Shown here piece by piece: positions 63,903 through 64,000 of a DNA stretch of 64,000 nt. A program made the position numbers and the translations under genes. Below the pieces are notes generated by a model, which saw only the letters and a program-made list of their open reading frames with translations, ran no database searches and was not told where the DNA came from. The DNA comes from Lama guanicoe (Eukaryota). The stretch lies in NCBI GenBank assembly GCA_013239625.1, contig MU056733.1, positions 7,396,534 through 7,460,533 of the forward strand. Direction: 5' to 3'. Every line of letters starts with the position of its first letter. The first letter of the stretch is position 1.

Positions 63903-64000
63903 TCTATTAGTGTCCTAGGGCTGCCAAAACAGATTTCCACAAACTCAGGGACTGAGAACACTAGAAATGTATTCTCTCACATTTTGTAGGTCTAAACTTC
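63903..64000 (-). mobile_element. MLT1 (MaLR) LTR 3' end running off the window
   Basis: tattagtgtcctagggctgcc...agaaatgtattctctcaca resembles the MLT1 terminus. Confidence 0.75.

Noticed and set aside
1-64000. CRISPR arrays, prokaryotic systems, rRNA genes, processed pseudogenes or intact retroviral/L1 ORFs
   Set aside because: None seen; the window is ordinary mammalian intronic and promoter DNA around one gene.

Overview
Mammalian genomic DNA, most likely a camelid (inferred from the tRNA-derived SINE and young L1 3' ends). It covers the 5' part of GAP43 (neuromodulin/B-50) on the minus strand. The large coding exon 2 is fully visible (10479-9870, 610 nt, IQ motif, Ser41). The 30-nt coding exon 1 (MLCCMRRTKQ) is not visible and most likely lies in the 299-N gap at 58614-58912, just downstream of a TATA-like/CCAAT promoter at about 59000-59100. 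The last exon lies beyond position 1. The rest is about 48 kb of intron 1, 9.9 kb of intron 2 and 5 kb of upstream DNA. These carry ERV solo LTRs, L1 3' ends, SINEs, MIR/L2/MER relics, microsatellites, an intragenic CpG island and four assembly gaps. I found no convincing new gene or biological system. The best leads are regulatory and evolutionary: an RE1-like element with AP-1 and opposite-strand G4 tracts in proximal intron 1; a sense-oriented solo LTR about 640 bp upstream of the promoter, with an intronic sister copy carrying an intact GAS motif beside a strong CTCF motif; two retroinsertions at one target site; a 156-bp dispersed duplication; and an inverted repeat enclosing bZIP sites. 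Repeat family names come from recognition by eye, and old-repeat boundaries are approximate.
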